Position numbers and translations under genes: made by a program. This document shows, in pieces, positions 1 through 12,433 of a DNA stretch of 64,000 bases. This DNA comes from Chrysomallon squamiferum (taxonomy: Eukaryota; Animalia; Mollusca), in the NCBI GenBank assembly GCA_012295275.1, contig CM022674.1:13888001-13952000 (forward strand), given 5' to 3'. Positions within the stretch are counted from its first letter, which is position 1. Each line of letters opens with the position of its first letter. The notes below the pieces were generated by a model. The model ran no database searches, was not told the DNA's origin, and was given only the letters and a program-made list of their open reading frames with translations.

Positions 1-90
1 TATATATATATTTATCACATATGAAACAGCAAATATCTAAATATCTAATTAGCTGTGGATCTTTTTGTTGTTTGTTTATTTTAATAAATG

Positions 91-93
<3 letters not shown>

Positions 94-178
<85 letters not shown>
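94..178. repeat. Compound (TA)n(GA)n microsatellite
   Basis: Direct reading. Similar (GA/CT)n runs lie at about 5162-5243, 14868-14940, 36378-36464, 54843-54893, 56943-57045 and 57602-57674. Confidence 0.97.
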
Positions 179-181
<3 letters not shown>

Positions 182-2108
182 AAAACAAAGAAAAAAGAGA
201 AAAATAATCAGCGATAATTTAGCGTTGGCGCGCACTATTTTAAAAGCCCAGAACGCATCTGTATCCATTTACTCGAAATTCTCCTGTTTTTTTTTAAAAA
301 AAATTATTACTATTTTTATTATTATCATTATTTTTTTTTAATTAATTTTAAAAATTAATAACTTTCCTTATTGTTATTTTTAATTTTCTAAACAACCAGT
401 TTGTATTTGATGAACCTCGAATGAGTTTTATTAATAACAATACATGATTACTTTAAGTTTCGTTTCGAGTCTTGCGCGGAGTTTTGAAGTACGTCACGTG
501 ACACGCTATTCCTTTTTATGTCATAGAAATTATTTGCTGTCCGCCATTAATGACCAAAATGTCTTTACCAGATCTGAAGATAAATTGAAAAGTAGTTGAC
601 GATAATTTATTGTCGACAATCGATAAATCGTTTGGGTAAATTTCGTGTAAAACTGCCAGTTACTTAACTGCCAGTCATTTAATAACTGTCAGTTAGCGCA
701 GCTCCATTAATAATAATAACTATATTTCTTCGCCAAACACATCTCGCACTAAAGAGAATACATAACTAAAAACTGTTTTTAAATCACCTGCAGTTTCGTA
801 AGTAGATTACGATGATAAATATCTCCGCATTCCGCACAGTTTCTTAACAACCAATAATTTCTTTCTTCGTTTTCTTCTTCTTCTTCTTCTAAAAGCAATT
901 ATGAGGCAAGAAATAGTTCATTTTTAATTAATATTCATGACAGTTATGAATTTATTCCTAACAACAACATCAACAACATAACAACATTAGTTTAATATTT
1001 AAGACACATTATATATTTCCAAAGAATTGTAAAAATTTATGTTTCAGACAATCACAGGCTTTCGTGAACAGTCGCCTGCTAAGGCTTTTCACGAAGTCAT
1101 GTGACACAAACAAAATATGTGATTGGCTGAACTGGATATATTAAAGCAATATAGAGGGAAAGAATATTATGCTTTATAAAAACAAGTTGTCAGAAAGGTA
1201 CACGTATGTTGTGTTCCAAAACATATCGACCTTTTAACAAATGAAAACAACAATAACAAAAATAGCAACACCACAGTAACAATAACAAAATTAACAACAG
1301 CGGCAATAACAACAATAATCTTTCCTTTTTCGTTTTTTACCCATTTTGCTAACGAGACTAATTATGAGATTATTTTCCTTAGAACAGTTCACTAATTTGT
1401 TGTTTCATTAATTAAATCTACGAATATATTTGATAACATTACATACTAATGACCGATTACAATGGATGAATCTGCCCTGGGAGGTGCATAGATTCTTATA
1501 ATTTTTGTTGTTTGTTTAATTATCAGCTTATTAAAAAGTATTTATATTTTTGGCGGTAGAAATTGAAGCGATCGTTTGAATGAATTAAAGGGAAACAACT
1601 CTTGATAATTGTGTCAGTAACTTTACGTGGTTCGATTTTCTTAAATTAAATTTCTTTTATCGGATCTTACATTTTGCAACATTTTCAAAATAAAGTATAA
1701 TAAATATAAACGACAAAATTCTCCCCAGTTACCAGACTGATATATATATATATATATATATTTTTTTTTCTCTCTTCTATTTGCTATATTAATATTTATC
1801 ACATATTGCGTACTAAATCGCCATCCTGTTTTTAACAAAAATAACGTGAAGTAAAATAAAATAAAATAAAATAAAATAAATAAATAAATAGCAACAACAA
1901 CAGCAACAAATAAATAAATATATGAATAAACCAACCAACCGATAAACAAATATATATATATATATATAAACAAAACAATAAACAAATAAATAAATTATAA
2001 ACGTAAAATGATCACAACAAAAATAACCTTTCTGTTTGAACATCAAATAATCATTAAGATTAAAATGTCACACAGTTTAATTACATTTTTTTACATCTCT
2101 TTTTGCAG

Positions 2109-2897
2109 AGTAATATTCGTAAACGTAGTATTGAAGAGGATATCGCACTGCTTCTTCGGCAGATGCGCAACCAGACGTACAAACGAACAGATGAAGAATT
2201 TCCACTCGATTCTTTGGGCGGTGGTTTGATTCCCAGGTTCAGACGATCACTGAAAGATGATAACGAGGCTTACGATGAAGAAAAACGAACATTGGACACT
2301 CTTGGTGGATTTAATGTTCATAGCTTTAAAAGAGCTTTTGATACCTTAGGAGGGATGAACGTGCATGGTGGCTTTAAACGACAGTTTGACAGTCTAGGTG
2401 GCATGAATGTCCACGGTGGCTTCAAACGACCTTTCGATAGTCTAGGTGGCATGAACGTCCACGGTGGCTTCAAACGACCTTTCGACAGTCTAGGTGGCAT
2501 GAACGTTCACGGTGGCTTCAAACGACCTTTCGACAGTCTAGGTGGCATGAACGTTCACGGTGGCTTCAAACGACCTTTCGACAGTCTAGGTGGCATGAAT
2601 GTTCACGGTGGCTTCAAACGACCTTTCGACAGTCTAGGTGGCATGAACGTGCACGGCGGATTCAAACGACCTTTCGACAGTCTTGGTGGCATGAACGTGC
2701 ATGGAGGCTTCAAACGGCCTTTTGACAGTCTAGGTGGCATGAATGTTCACGGTGGCTTCAAACGACCTTTCGACAGTCTAGGTGGCATGAACGTTCACGG
2801 CGGATTCAAACGACCTTTCGACAGTCTAGGTGGCATGAATGTTCATGGTGGCTTCAAACGGTCTTTTGACAGTCTTGAGGAAAGTGACAATAAATAA
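2109..2897 (+). CDS. FCAP: FCAP-like neuropeptide precursor, terminal coding exon (signal-peptide exon not found, probably upstream of the window)
   Basis: Acceptor ttttgcag|AGT at 2108/2109, stop TAA ending at 2897. KR-flanked peptides: TLDTLGGFNVHSF, AFDTLGGMNVHGGF, QFDSLGGMNVHGGF and 9x PFDSLGGMNVHGGF. The core D(S/T)LGGxxVH matches Aplysia FCAP (ALDSLGGFQVHGW). Acidic spacer peptides lie upstream. Confidence 0.88.
   Translation, partial: SNIRKRSIEEDIALLLRQMRNQTYKRTDEEFPLDSLGGGLIPRFRRSLKDDNEAYDEEKRTLDTLGGFNVHSFKRAFDTLGGMNVHGGFKRQFDSLGGMNVHGGFKRPFDSLGGMNVHGGFKRPFDSLGGMNVHGGFKRPFDSLGGMNVHGGFKRPFDSLGGMNVHGGFKRPFDSLGGMNVHGGFKRPFDSLGGMNVHGGFKRPFDSLGGMNVHGGFKRPFDSLGGMNVHGGFKRPFDSLGGMNVHGGFKRSFDSLEESDNK
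2328..2876 (+). repeat. 48-bp coding tandem repeat (11 full units plus a truncated 12th) encoding KR plus a 14-aa peptide
   Basis: Unit aaacgacctttcgacagtctaggtggcatgaacgttcacggtggcttc, with variation almost only at synonymous sites. Confidence 0.97.
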
Positions 2898-3734
2898 AAA
2901 AAAAAAAAAAAAACAAGCAAAAAGACAACATTTATAACAATCTTACACTATTGAAAAATAATATTTTGAACCAATTAATAAAATAAAAAGAGTACTACAA
3001 TTCACAAATTGAATAGTTTATTACCTGAAACTCAGTATATGGTAATCAACAGAAGCAACATTGAAAGAACCTTTTTAACAAATGCACAAGAAAGCGATAC
3101 CCAGTTAAATTTGTCTGTGAATAAAGTCGTCAGTATTACTAATTATAAAACTGTTTTATTACTGATTATGTTTATAATTAATAATTAAAAAGAAATAAAA
3201 AAAAAAAATGAAATAAAATAAAAATTAAAACACACCAAAAAAGTTGGGATAATTTTCGAAAATATTTCTTGAAAATACTATTTTAGTATCATTATTTTAA
3301 ATGCGTATTATCAACGTAATATTTCAGTTTTCCGTACGATACGATGGATGTAAACCAGTCTATCTTTTGGAGGAATCAAAACAACCATTTATTGTGGCGT
3401 TAATTGCGGACTGACTTTTGTATATTAAAACAAAGCTTAGTTATCTATGAACTTGAAAATGTCAGAAATATTTAATTATATAGGCAGAATTATCTGACTG
3501 TATTAAAAGCAATATTATGTTGAAATACAGCTCGTTTCATTATTATTCTTTTAAATATATATAAGTATATTTTTGAAATATATATATTTTAATATGGAAG
3601 TACTAACAATATAGAGTAAGGTGATTATAATTAAGAAAATGGACAACTCGAAGTCATCACAAAGTGCTAGTGTGAGTCAGGTTTGGTAGACAATGAAATT
3701 TGTTTCCTTCACCACTGATGTGTCAAAGGAAACA

Positions 3735-3790
3735 CACATAAAAGATCCCTTTCTGCTAACCGAGCACATATGTGACTGGCAGAAAATTTC
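3735..3790 (+). mobile_element. SINE core fragment
   Basis: cacataaaagatccctttctgctaa is similar to catataaaatatcccattctgcta at about 51137. Confidence 0.45.
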
Positions 3791-5157
3791 TTTTTTTTGG
3801 ATTAATAATTATATATGAGGACAGCCACTTTAAAAAAACAAACAAAAAACACCCAAAACATTGTAACCTGAAAAAGACAGCTTGCCATGTCAATATTTTG
3901 TAAATTCAGAACTTAACATTTCTGTCTTTATTGAAATAAGTACACATCTCATTTAATATCAGATAACATTTCATTTTTACTCTAGGATTATTAAAAACCT
4001 CAAGAGAAAAAGATATGCTGTCAAATAAGGTAATGCTGTTTCAGTTTATTGGTAAAATAAAAACAAAAAACAAATAAAAAAAAGTATTTTATAAATTCTT
4101 TTTTACAAAATATATAGATTGGGTGAATAGTTTGACATAATCAAAAGTAGTTACTAATGTTGATAATAATTAAATATCATATCCAGTTGGATAAAAGATA
4201 AAAAAATGTTTCTGTTTTCAAAAGATTGCAGCAAATTTGCAAACAGATTATTTCACCGGAGAAATTACAGATACAGGTCAGTACTGATCACGATAAACTA
4301 GACTAACAACTATTAATTATAAATACTAAAATTTATTATTATTATTATTATTATTTTATTAAAAATACTTCATTCATTTAGGACTTAACTGGTAATAGTA
4401 CTAATAATAAAGTGATAGAGGTACTTGCACAAACATTTAAGTTAAAACTGCATTTATTTTTCCAACTATATGACTGTAAATTGAAAAACAGTTATATACT
4501 TTGATAATGATAAAGTACACACAGACACATGAAATAATGAAGGCAGACATATTCTTTTGGTTTGTTATTTTATATATATATATATATATACATTTTTATG
4601 ACTTTGTCAGTGAGTTTTTATTTCTTGTATAAAATGAAAAAAACCAAAGTAAACGTCCGTCTTCAAGCACATTTTTGAGCTTTTTATTTTACTGAATTGT
4701 TAGCAAAGAAAAAAAACAATCAAAAACAAAAAAAACATTGACTTGAAGAATACAAAATTTATTAAAACAACTACTTACAGATTTTTTATATACAAATTTA
4801 TTTCAAAACTTTAAAGGAAGAATTTCATAAGTTCCTTTCTAAATCAACAATACTATCAAACAACTTAAATTAATTAAAAAAAAAAATCCCTGAAATAACA
4901 TTTTGGATCAAGCTTTAATTCATTTCTGTCTGCCAAATCTGGAGAGTTGCTTCAGTCTCGAATCCCATAATGACAACCTAGTTTCGTTTTCTCATCTCTG
5001 ACTTTTCTAGTTGGCGAGACAGGCAAAAACAAGTCATCATCATCTTCATTGTCTGAAATAAGCATACGTGTTTTGGTATTGTGGAGAAAATATTATTATT
5101 TTACCAAAAACATACACACATAAAATGTGTTTGTAGTACATACACACACACAGAGAC

Positions 5158-5246
<89 letters not shown>

Positions 5247-5429
5247 AGAACTGAAAATATTATTTACCACACACACACATATAAATTGTATGACAGGGAG
5301 AGAGAGAGAGAATGAGAAAGATAATTTAAAACAATTTTTTGGTCAACAGACATTGAAAAAAAGGAAAAGAAAATAAAGAAAAGAAGAACATAAAAAATAA
5401 AATAACAACAAAATAAATAAATAAAATGA

Positions 5430-5490
5430 GTTGACTCGAGAACCCAATTCACCTTCAGCAGACCTTCTACCACTGAGCTATAACTCACAG
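5430..5490 (-). mobile_element. tRNA-like SINE head fragment
   Basis: The minus strand reads tagctcagtggtagaagg (A-box) followed by gggttctcgagtc (B-box-like). No full cloverleaf. Confidence 0.4.
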
Positions 5491-5596
5491 CCATCACAGA
5501 AATAAAAAACATCTAATAATACATAAATCTACTGAGGTATTCCACCATTTATGTATGTATAAAGTGCCTAAATATGAATATAAGATATGTTTGACA

Positions 5597-5885
5597 TCAG
5601 CTGGTGTTTACAACAGGCGATTCGACAATGGAATGCAGAGAAGGAAAGAACATTTGGATATTTTCAAACTCACCCTCGGTAACATCAAAGAGAGGCACAT
5701 CTTCATCCTCGTCTGAGCTGAAGCACACTTTAGCTTTGCTGTGCTTCTTACGAAGAGATCGTGATGGCGCAGGACTCTCTACATCGCTGTCCATGTTTTC
5801 TTTGTTGTTCGTTCTCCGACGTCCTGAATAATTAGAAAACATTTCACAACAAAATTAAATTATCAAAGTGTTACATTACAAAACA

Positions 5886-5936
<51 letters not shown>

Positions 5937-8900
5937 CATTATTATTATTATTATTATTATTATCATTTTATAATTTTATATTGTCTCTATCTTATGGAAG
6001 TAACATTTATCATCACAAATCTGTTCAAGATGCATACATGATTTTAAAGATATGAAAAAACCCACTAATAAAAATGAATAGTTTGGTATTTGGAAAGTAA
6101 CAAATGTTTAAGTTATGTGACCCATCTATGAGAAGGATCTTTAACAATGTTCTTTTCACCATTTTATAACATAAAAATAATACTTTTGGAGTTTACTTAT
6201 AGAGCTGTTTATTCTCATATACAGTCTTTGACTTTTTAAAATACTATTTACCATGCCCCAGTTACAAATATACATGCATGAGTTTGAGAAATGTAAATAT
6301 TCACTTGGAGTTTTTGCTGGTGTTTTGAGAGGTTTCTGTCGATGAGAAGACGCACGTGATGCTTTGCTGGCTTTTTCAGCAATTTCGTCTTCTTCTGTTC
6401 CTTTTATGTGACACTGGGTAATTCGCTCTTCAAGTTCATCAATCATACTCTTAAATCAGAAGATGACAGAATGACATCACATTGAAACCAAATTAATAAT
6501 TTATAAATACGCACATATGTTAAAAAAAAGGAAGAAGAAAAAAAAGGATTATTCAGACAGAGAGTAAGGATGATATAAAGAAAAAGAAAATTGTATTTCA
6601 AAAGACAGATACAATTTATAAACAAATCCATTAATATAGATCATGTATATATAACCAAGTTATTAATAAAGACGAATATAAACAAAGCCATCTAACATAT
6701 GAGGATAAACAATACATAAAAAAAAAAGAAAAAAAAAATTATATTAAGAAAAAGCAAACACACATTACATAACAGTAAGAAAATTATAAGTAAGACATTT
6801 GCATGCAGCATTTTGAATAACATTTTAAAATAAATACAAAAATAAAATTATTTGATTTATCATACAAATTAAAAAAAATAAAAAATAAAATAAAATTACA
6901 TATTAAACCTCACAATAACAATATTAATTAAAACAATATATTATTATATGCATGCATGTATTTATGGACATATGCTTAAAATATCTGTAATGTCATTTAA
7001 AATTTAAAATAACATACATATCACGTGAAAGACTACAAGCCCCTCCTCTGAATATATAGTACTTTTGAAATTTGTTTTGTGATAATGTCGCTACGTTGAT
7101 TGTTTTAAGTGAGGATGAAGTTTGTAGACTGCTCAGACACTCAATTACTGTCTGTATTGCTAAAAAAAAAATTACCTTTGTTTCAAGTTTGATCAAAGTT
7201 CGAGCTTTCTTGATAATGGTTGTGAAGAATCCATAGACTCCTTTGTCGTGAAGTTTGTCTGAGAAACCTGCAAAAGTTTTCCTGCAGTTTTCTCAGACTC
7301 TTCTCATTGTAGGACAGCATGGACAGACAGAAGGACAGATCTCTCCACTGTCTGTCATTTCTGAAAAGAAAAACAAGACTCAACATTATATGTGAAGAAT
7401 GAATGTGGTGGCAGTGACAGTTCACTAGTTTGTGAAATGTTTGTGATTTCAACATCACTGTTTGTCAAAAAAATTTTTAATAACATAAATTAGGTAAACA
7501 TTTAAATGTCTGCTAAATGTTTCAAAATCATTTCTGATGTAAGACTGATTATATAGGTACACAGAGGATTTGTGGAATAAATAGATTTTATTTTAATTTT
7601 AAATTGTTACATATTTTCATAAAATAACTGTATATAATAAAATTAATCATTTGATTGAAATACAGAGTTGCTCAAAAGTAATTTGGCAGGGTTTGACTGT
7701 TTTGTCAAAGAACAAATTGATAAAACCTTGAAGTTCACGGGCAGAATTTTGTATATATTGTTTATAAATATACTGAATATATTGTAAATCCTTAATAAAT
7801 AATTATAAAAATAAATATGTATATATTTTTGGCAATCATATACTGTATGGTTACATATAACTGTTTTTGGATAATAATTATTAATCCAGACCACTGAAAT
7901 CACAAACAGTGAAATTCTTACAATAAAATATATATTTTTTGAAGAAGGTTCACTTACTGTGTAGTTTGGAATCTGTGACAAAGTTTCTCTACCAGACTTC
8001 TCACACTGCTTGTCTTTCTGTATGAAGGAAAATAGGAATCTGAAATAAAACAAAAAAAATCTTAGATTAGGGACTTTGTTTCAGCTTATGGGTTTGCGTC
8101 AAGTACCCCAGGCTTTGTGATATGATGAAACTCCCAGGTTACATTTGAAACTGATGCTGGTTTTAGTAGAGGAACAAACAGAATGTAGAAATGCATGATG
8201 AGTTATGTCTAAAATTCACCAATTTGCATGAAAATATTAGTCTTTGTCTCAGTCATCATCAATCACATCTCACCTTTTAGAAATATAGAACAATCAATAA
8301 AAATGTAATGTTAGTTTATTTTTAATTTACACACACACACACACACATGTTTTGTGTGTGTATATATATATATATATATGTTAAGACAGTCTTTCTTTTA
8401 TTAGATTTGTTTGACTTTTCTCAATTAGAAGAAGTGGGAGAATTAATAAAAAGATTCAAGGAATACACAAACAGATCTGTAATCTTCCACATCTCAACAG
8501 TCTGCCTCCATTCATTCTCCTATCACACAGACATTTACAGCAAAACATTTTCTTTTCAGAACATTAATTACTGATTGTCACTAAAAGCCAAATAATTATC
8601 CAGTATAATCTTACATCAATCTCTGAAATGTTTGTAGTTCTAGTTGAACTGATTCTCAACAAAACGTCCACTGGTTTACTGCAGTACACACAGAACAATT
8701 GTTTGTAGTTTAATTCAAACTGTTTCCTTTCATGATAAATTAACACAGGCACATGACTGACAATTGTTTTAAAACTGCTGACTTACGCCATTATCGTCTG
8801 AAAATTGTCCTCGTCAACACCAGCATCAGGGTCAGAGAGGCGACTGATGATGTCAGGCATGACGTTGTACAGCGCATTGCCCTGAAGAAGAGAAACCTCA

Positions 8901-11900
8901 ACAATGCAGTGTTTTTTTATTTTCTCTACATTAGATTTGATACATCAGGTTTAATACAATAAGTATCATAAGACAAAGGATATTAAATATGATAGAGCAT
9001 GAAGTATGATATAAGATAAAGTATGATTATGATCAAGTATGAATATGACATAACAAAGGATGGTACAATTATAATGTCTGAAAAACAATAAAATTTGATA
9101 TGACATAAAGCTTGTTTGTCATCTGGTTTAATAAAACAGAATATGATACAACAATGTTTGATATGGCATGAAATCTGATATAATGAAAACTATTACATAA
9201 TAAGTTTGATGTCATTAATTAATATCACATGAAATAGAGTGACACATGAAGTATGATACTGTACAATTAAAACATTTCTAGTATAATTATGTGACAAATT
9301 TTACAACACAAATCAAAACCACTTAATATACTATTCACTAAATATGTATTAAAATATTTTATAAATATATTAAAAGCTGCTAAATTAAAATCATGTGAAA
9401 AATACTTAGAAATCTGCTAAACCTAATTTTTTTTTTAAAAATAAAAACCTTTTTGGAGAGTTCAAGGAAGAAAAGTTTTGCAAGATTTGAAATCTGGTCA
9501 TCGTGGTCAACAATACAGGAAGTCAGTTCACTGATCTGACCTTTGACCTTAACCATGTCATTGAGAATGAGGTTGGTGAGGACTTGGAGGGTGTTCTTCC
9601 GCACCAGGGAGGAGTCATCTCGAAGACTGGAAAAAAAAAAAATAAACAACATTTTAATAATAACAAAAAGCTAAATGAATATTAAAATGTTTAAAAGAAC
9701 GTCAACAAATTCAAAATTAACAAAAAACATAAATTATATAGTTTTTAAAAAAAAGAGAAGAAATTATCATCTCAAAAAGGTTTCATCTCTAAGATAAATG
9801 GATATTTACAATTAGCACTCATAAAAATGTGTTTTTTTTTGGCTGAAAATATAAATTATTAATAATCACCGTCCATAGAGATTTGGAGTCCATGGTTCAA
9901 TGAGGTTTGGAAATCTAAATGTGAGGTCACCGAGAGCGATGATTGTGTTAGAACGTATTATCGGATCTGACGATTTCTCCAGCAGGGTGAAAAGCAGGGG
10001 CAGATGACTCTCACAAAACTCAGAACTGAAACAAATTAAGAAACAATTAATAAATATTTCAACAAATTTTAATTTAATTTTTTTTTAAAAATAAATATAA
10101 TGACCATCTTTGCAGATATGATCAAATAGCTTAAGAACATTACATTAAATTATTCTGTTATTGCCAAACCAATCTTTTCCAACAATAAAGATGATAATTA
10201 AAACAACATGGACTTGGAAGTTTTCTCATTTCAATCTCACAAAATTAACCAAATAAAATTTTCTCTATAGCTTTTGTAAGCCAAAAAAAAAAAAAAAAAA
10301 AGAATAATATTAATGAAAATAGCAGTAATGATGATGATGATGTAAATAAAAGTATTAATTATAATAATATAGTAATAATAAAAAAAAATAATATTAATGG
10401 TGATGGTTATGATGATAAAAATAATAACAGTAATAATAGATTAGTACTCACAATATAACAACAAGATAGATAATAATGAAGACACTGACACTAATTCTTT
10501 ACTAATAATAAAGTTAATTTATCGCTCACCTGACCATCATGAATCTGGAGAGGGTGAGGGTTGCTGCAGTTCTCAGCTCAGAGTCAGGGTATTTCTGTTG
10601 ATTACTGCACACAGTCACAATTAGTGGAGTCAACACTGACAGCAGATTTTCACCTGAAACAGTTACTTTATTTATTAGTTAATTATTACAGTTACAACAC
10701 TGTTTTTAAATAGTGTAAGTTAAATTACAGTGCTTTCAATGGTAACATTTTTTTATTAAAAGTGCTTTTAAATAATAGAATTAATAATAGTGCTTTTAAA
10801 TAGTAATAGAATTAAATAATGTTATTAAGTAGTAATAAAACTTAAATAATGTTGTAAAATGTATTAAAAACAAATAATTGTGCTTTAACTAGAATAATAG
10901 TTAAATAAGTGTTTTAAAATAGTGATAAGCACTAAATAATTGTTGTTAAATAATAATAAAATGAAATAATAGTTTTTAAAATAATAATAAAATAAATAAT
11001 AGTGCTTTTAAATAGTTAAAAAATTAAATAACAGTTTTAATTATGTAAAAGTTAAATAACAGAGCTTTTAAATTGGAATAAAATTAATTATAAAGAAGAA
11101 ATATGTTTTAATGCTACAGTAACAGATGTTGACAAGGTACACCAGTGACAAAGCTGCCTAACCAGTGTCAGTCACATTATAGCTGTGCATATGAAAAAAA
11201 GTTTGTGAAAATTAATTCACACGTTAGAAATTATGTAAATAAGTATTCTGTGGGTTACACCATGCTGGTTCTAGATTGATTCATCTCAAGTTATTTAGCT
11301 AAAAATACAAAACTCACCTGTAACAATTTCCTGTTCACAAACATTTCGTATGAATTCAGCCTCTGCATCTTCTTCTGCAGCTCCAGCCAGACCAAGTTCT
11401 TCTTCTATAGTCTCTGCTGCTGCTTCACTAGAGGTGCTCTCCTGAATAATCAAAATTAAAATTAAAATTAAAAAAAAAATTTAAATTTAAATTAAAAAAA
11501 AAAAAAAAAAAATAATAATTAAAAAAAAAAAAAATAAAATAAAAAAAATAAAAAATAAAAAAAAATAAAAATAAAAAAAATAAAAAAAAAAAAAAATAAA
11601 AATAAAAATTGAAAATTAAAATTTGCTACATTCACAATCTTCCAGTAAATGAACTCGAGTATTTTTGAAAAAATAGCCACTGCTGATATTAAGCATCAAT
11701 ACTGTTGATTCTATATTATAGTTAAAAACAGTTCTAAATCAAGTTGTAGCTGATCTAATTTCTAGCAATAATCCATCTATTTAATTATTTTTCACACTGG
11801 ACTTTTATTGAAACTGATCTTATAATATCTAATATCCTAGCTGGTTTGTATTTGCATAAAAACTGAAGGATTGATTGAAGAGAAACAATGATGAAGATTA

Positions 11901-12395
11901 CATAGCAAAATAAGAAAAATAAAAGTTAAAACAAAGAAATCAAATCACTTTGATACAGAATAGTTAAAATCAATATAGTAAACTACCACCAAAAAAAAAA
12001 ACAACAGTAAAAAAAAAAAAAAAAAAATAAAAAAAAAAAATAAAAAAAGGAAATAAATAAAATAAAATAAATAAAAATGAAGTAAAAATAAATAAGCTGG
12101 AACCAGTGCACAAATATTTAAAAAGTTAGAATATAAAACAAGAATATTTTTTTATATCTCTCACTTTTATGGCTGATGCAGTAATGCCACTGCGACGTTT
12201 TGTTGTTTTAGTTTTTTTCTCATTTTTCTTTTCATTCTGGATTTCGCGGCGTCTCTTCAGCTCCCCAAATATGTTGACGTCGAGGTGCATGAGTTGTCGC
12301 AGAGCAACGTTGCCACAGAGGGAAAGAAATCGGGTGAGAATGCATGTCAGTTTGACAGAAGCAGTTTTCAAACCATCACCTTCACCTCCTCAAAG

Positions 12396-12433
<38 letters not shown>

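Noticed and set aside
1048-1482. Candidate signal-peptide exons for FCAP (acceptor-like sites at about 1048 and 1382)
   Set aside because: The frames examined stop early or give no hydrophobic signal sequence, and no suitable phase-0 donor was found.
2328-2876. Regular repeat array that superficially resembles a CRISPR array
   Set aside because: There are no unique spacers. It is an in-frame 48-bp coding repeat in a eukaryotic gene, and no cas genes are present.
2894-2913. Poly-A run right after the FCAP stop, suggesting a retrocopy
   Set aside because: The exon has a proper upstream splice acceptor, no TSD is seen, and A-runs are ubiquitous in this window.
5430-5490. Possible tRNA gene on the minus strand
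   Set aside because: A-box and B-box-like motifs are present, but acceptor and anticodon stems cannot be formed, so it is treated as a SINE head.
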